Positions 31,381 through 32,000 of a stretch of DNA of 32,000 nucleotides are shown here, piece by piece. How positions within the stretch are numbered: the first letter of the stretch is position 1; every line of letters starts with the position of its first letter. The position numbers and the translations under genes were made by a program. The notes below the pieces were generated by a model. That model saw nothing but the letters and a program-made list of their open reading frames with translations, was not told the DNA's origin and did not search any database. The DNA is from Methanothermobacter thermautotrophicus str. Delta H (GTDB lineage: Archaea; Methanobacteriota; Methanobacteria; Methanobacteriales; Methanothermobacteraceae). Location: contig NC_000916.1 in assembly GCF_000008645.1 (NCBI RefSeq), forward strand, positions 1,620,001-1,652,000, given 5' to 3'.

Positions 31381-32000
31381 ATGGGTGATATAACTTTGAT
31401 TGACGGGAAAATTTACTCAATATTTAAGCGTGGAAGCAAAACATACTTCTACAGCACGCTATTCTTCCCAAAGGATGTCAGGAGAGACGTTTTTATACTC
31501 TACAGCTTCCTTCGAAAGGCCGATGACTACGTTGACCGGGTACCGCAGGATACTGATGGGTTCTATGAATTTGTGGAAAGGTACCGGAGAGCATACTCCG
31601 GTGAAATCACAGGTGACGTGGTGGTTGATTCCTTCGTGGAGCTTTCAGAGAGAAAAAATTTTGAAGATGAGTGGACAGAGGCCTTCCTGAGGTCCATGGA
31701 GATGGATATAACAGTATCATCCTACAGTACAATGTCTGCCCTCGAAGAGTACCTCCTTGGTTCATCAGAGGTCGTGGGGCTCTTCATGGCATCCATAATG
31801 GGCCTCCACACGGATTCATACCACCATGCAAGGTACCTTGGAAGGGCCATGCAGTACGTTAACTTCATAAGGGACATTGCAGAGGACATTGAGCTTGGAA
31901 GGCTATACTTTCCGATGGACGAACTTGAAAGGTTCGGACTCCAATCCCTTGATCCTGATGAGATAAGGGGGAGGGAGGATAATTTCCGGTCATTTCTGAG
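31381..32000 (+). CDS. Squalene/phytoene synthase family protein (truncated by window end)
   Basis: MGDITLIDGKIYSIFKRGSKTYFYSTLFFPKDVRRDVFILYSFLRKADDYVDRV...YVNFIRDIAEDIELGRLYFP, open to window end. Confidence 0.9.
   Translation, partial: MGDITLIDGKIYSIFKRGSKTYFYSTLFFPKDVRRDVFILYSFLRKADDYVDRVPQDTDGFYEFVERYRRAYSGEITGDVVVDSFVELSERKNFEDEWTEAFLRSMEMDITVSSYSTMSALEEYLLGSSEVVGLFMASIMGLHTDSYHHARYLGRAMQYVNFIRDIAEDIELGRLYFPMDELERFGLQSLDPDEIRGREDNFRSFL

Noticed and set aside
1-32000. Mobile element, prophage or defence island
   Set aside because: No transposase, integrase, restriction enzyme, toxin-antitoxin or phage genes were recognisable; gene content is mostly housekeeping and metabolic.

Overview
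This 32 kb window looks like ordinary core chromosome of a Methanothermobacter-type methanogen. That assignment comes from family and order recognition, not a database search. Recognisable content: a thymidylate kinase tail, tyrS, NMD3, aIF2-beta, a 666-aa MCM helicase, FtsJ/RlmE, a YfcE-like phosphodiesterase, a photolyase-related protein, an ion-channel-like protein, stomatin/SPFH, a Yip1-like membrane protein, a cobalamin-binding radical SAM protein, a radical SAM/SPASM protein, a TetR regulator, an rfbDACB dTDP-rhamnose cluster, a HAD phosphatase, an ArsR-cyclase-TrmO cluster, a flavodoxin-like protein, a SAM methyltransferase, an Lhr-type helicase with a metallophosphoesterase and UbiA prenyltransferase, a HEAT-repeat protein, and a phytoene desaturase plus the start of a squalene/phytoene synthase. 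I saw no CRISPR array, tRNA, rRNA or transposase. The most notable signals are: (i) at least six loci with single-base frame disruptions that split otherwise normal genes, which could be assembly indels or real decay; (ii) three short direct duplications with periods of about 49-56 nt, two of them at gene 3' ends; (iii) a hairpin-rich non-coding interval at about 23.59-23.80 kb with a TATA-like box and T-tract, a candidate unannotated RNA; (iv) a channel-like protein without a TVGYG selectivity filter; (v) a photolyase-related protein that seems to lack most FeS-cluster cysteines. I did not find a convincing new multi-gene defence or biosynthetic system.
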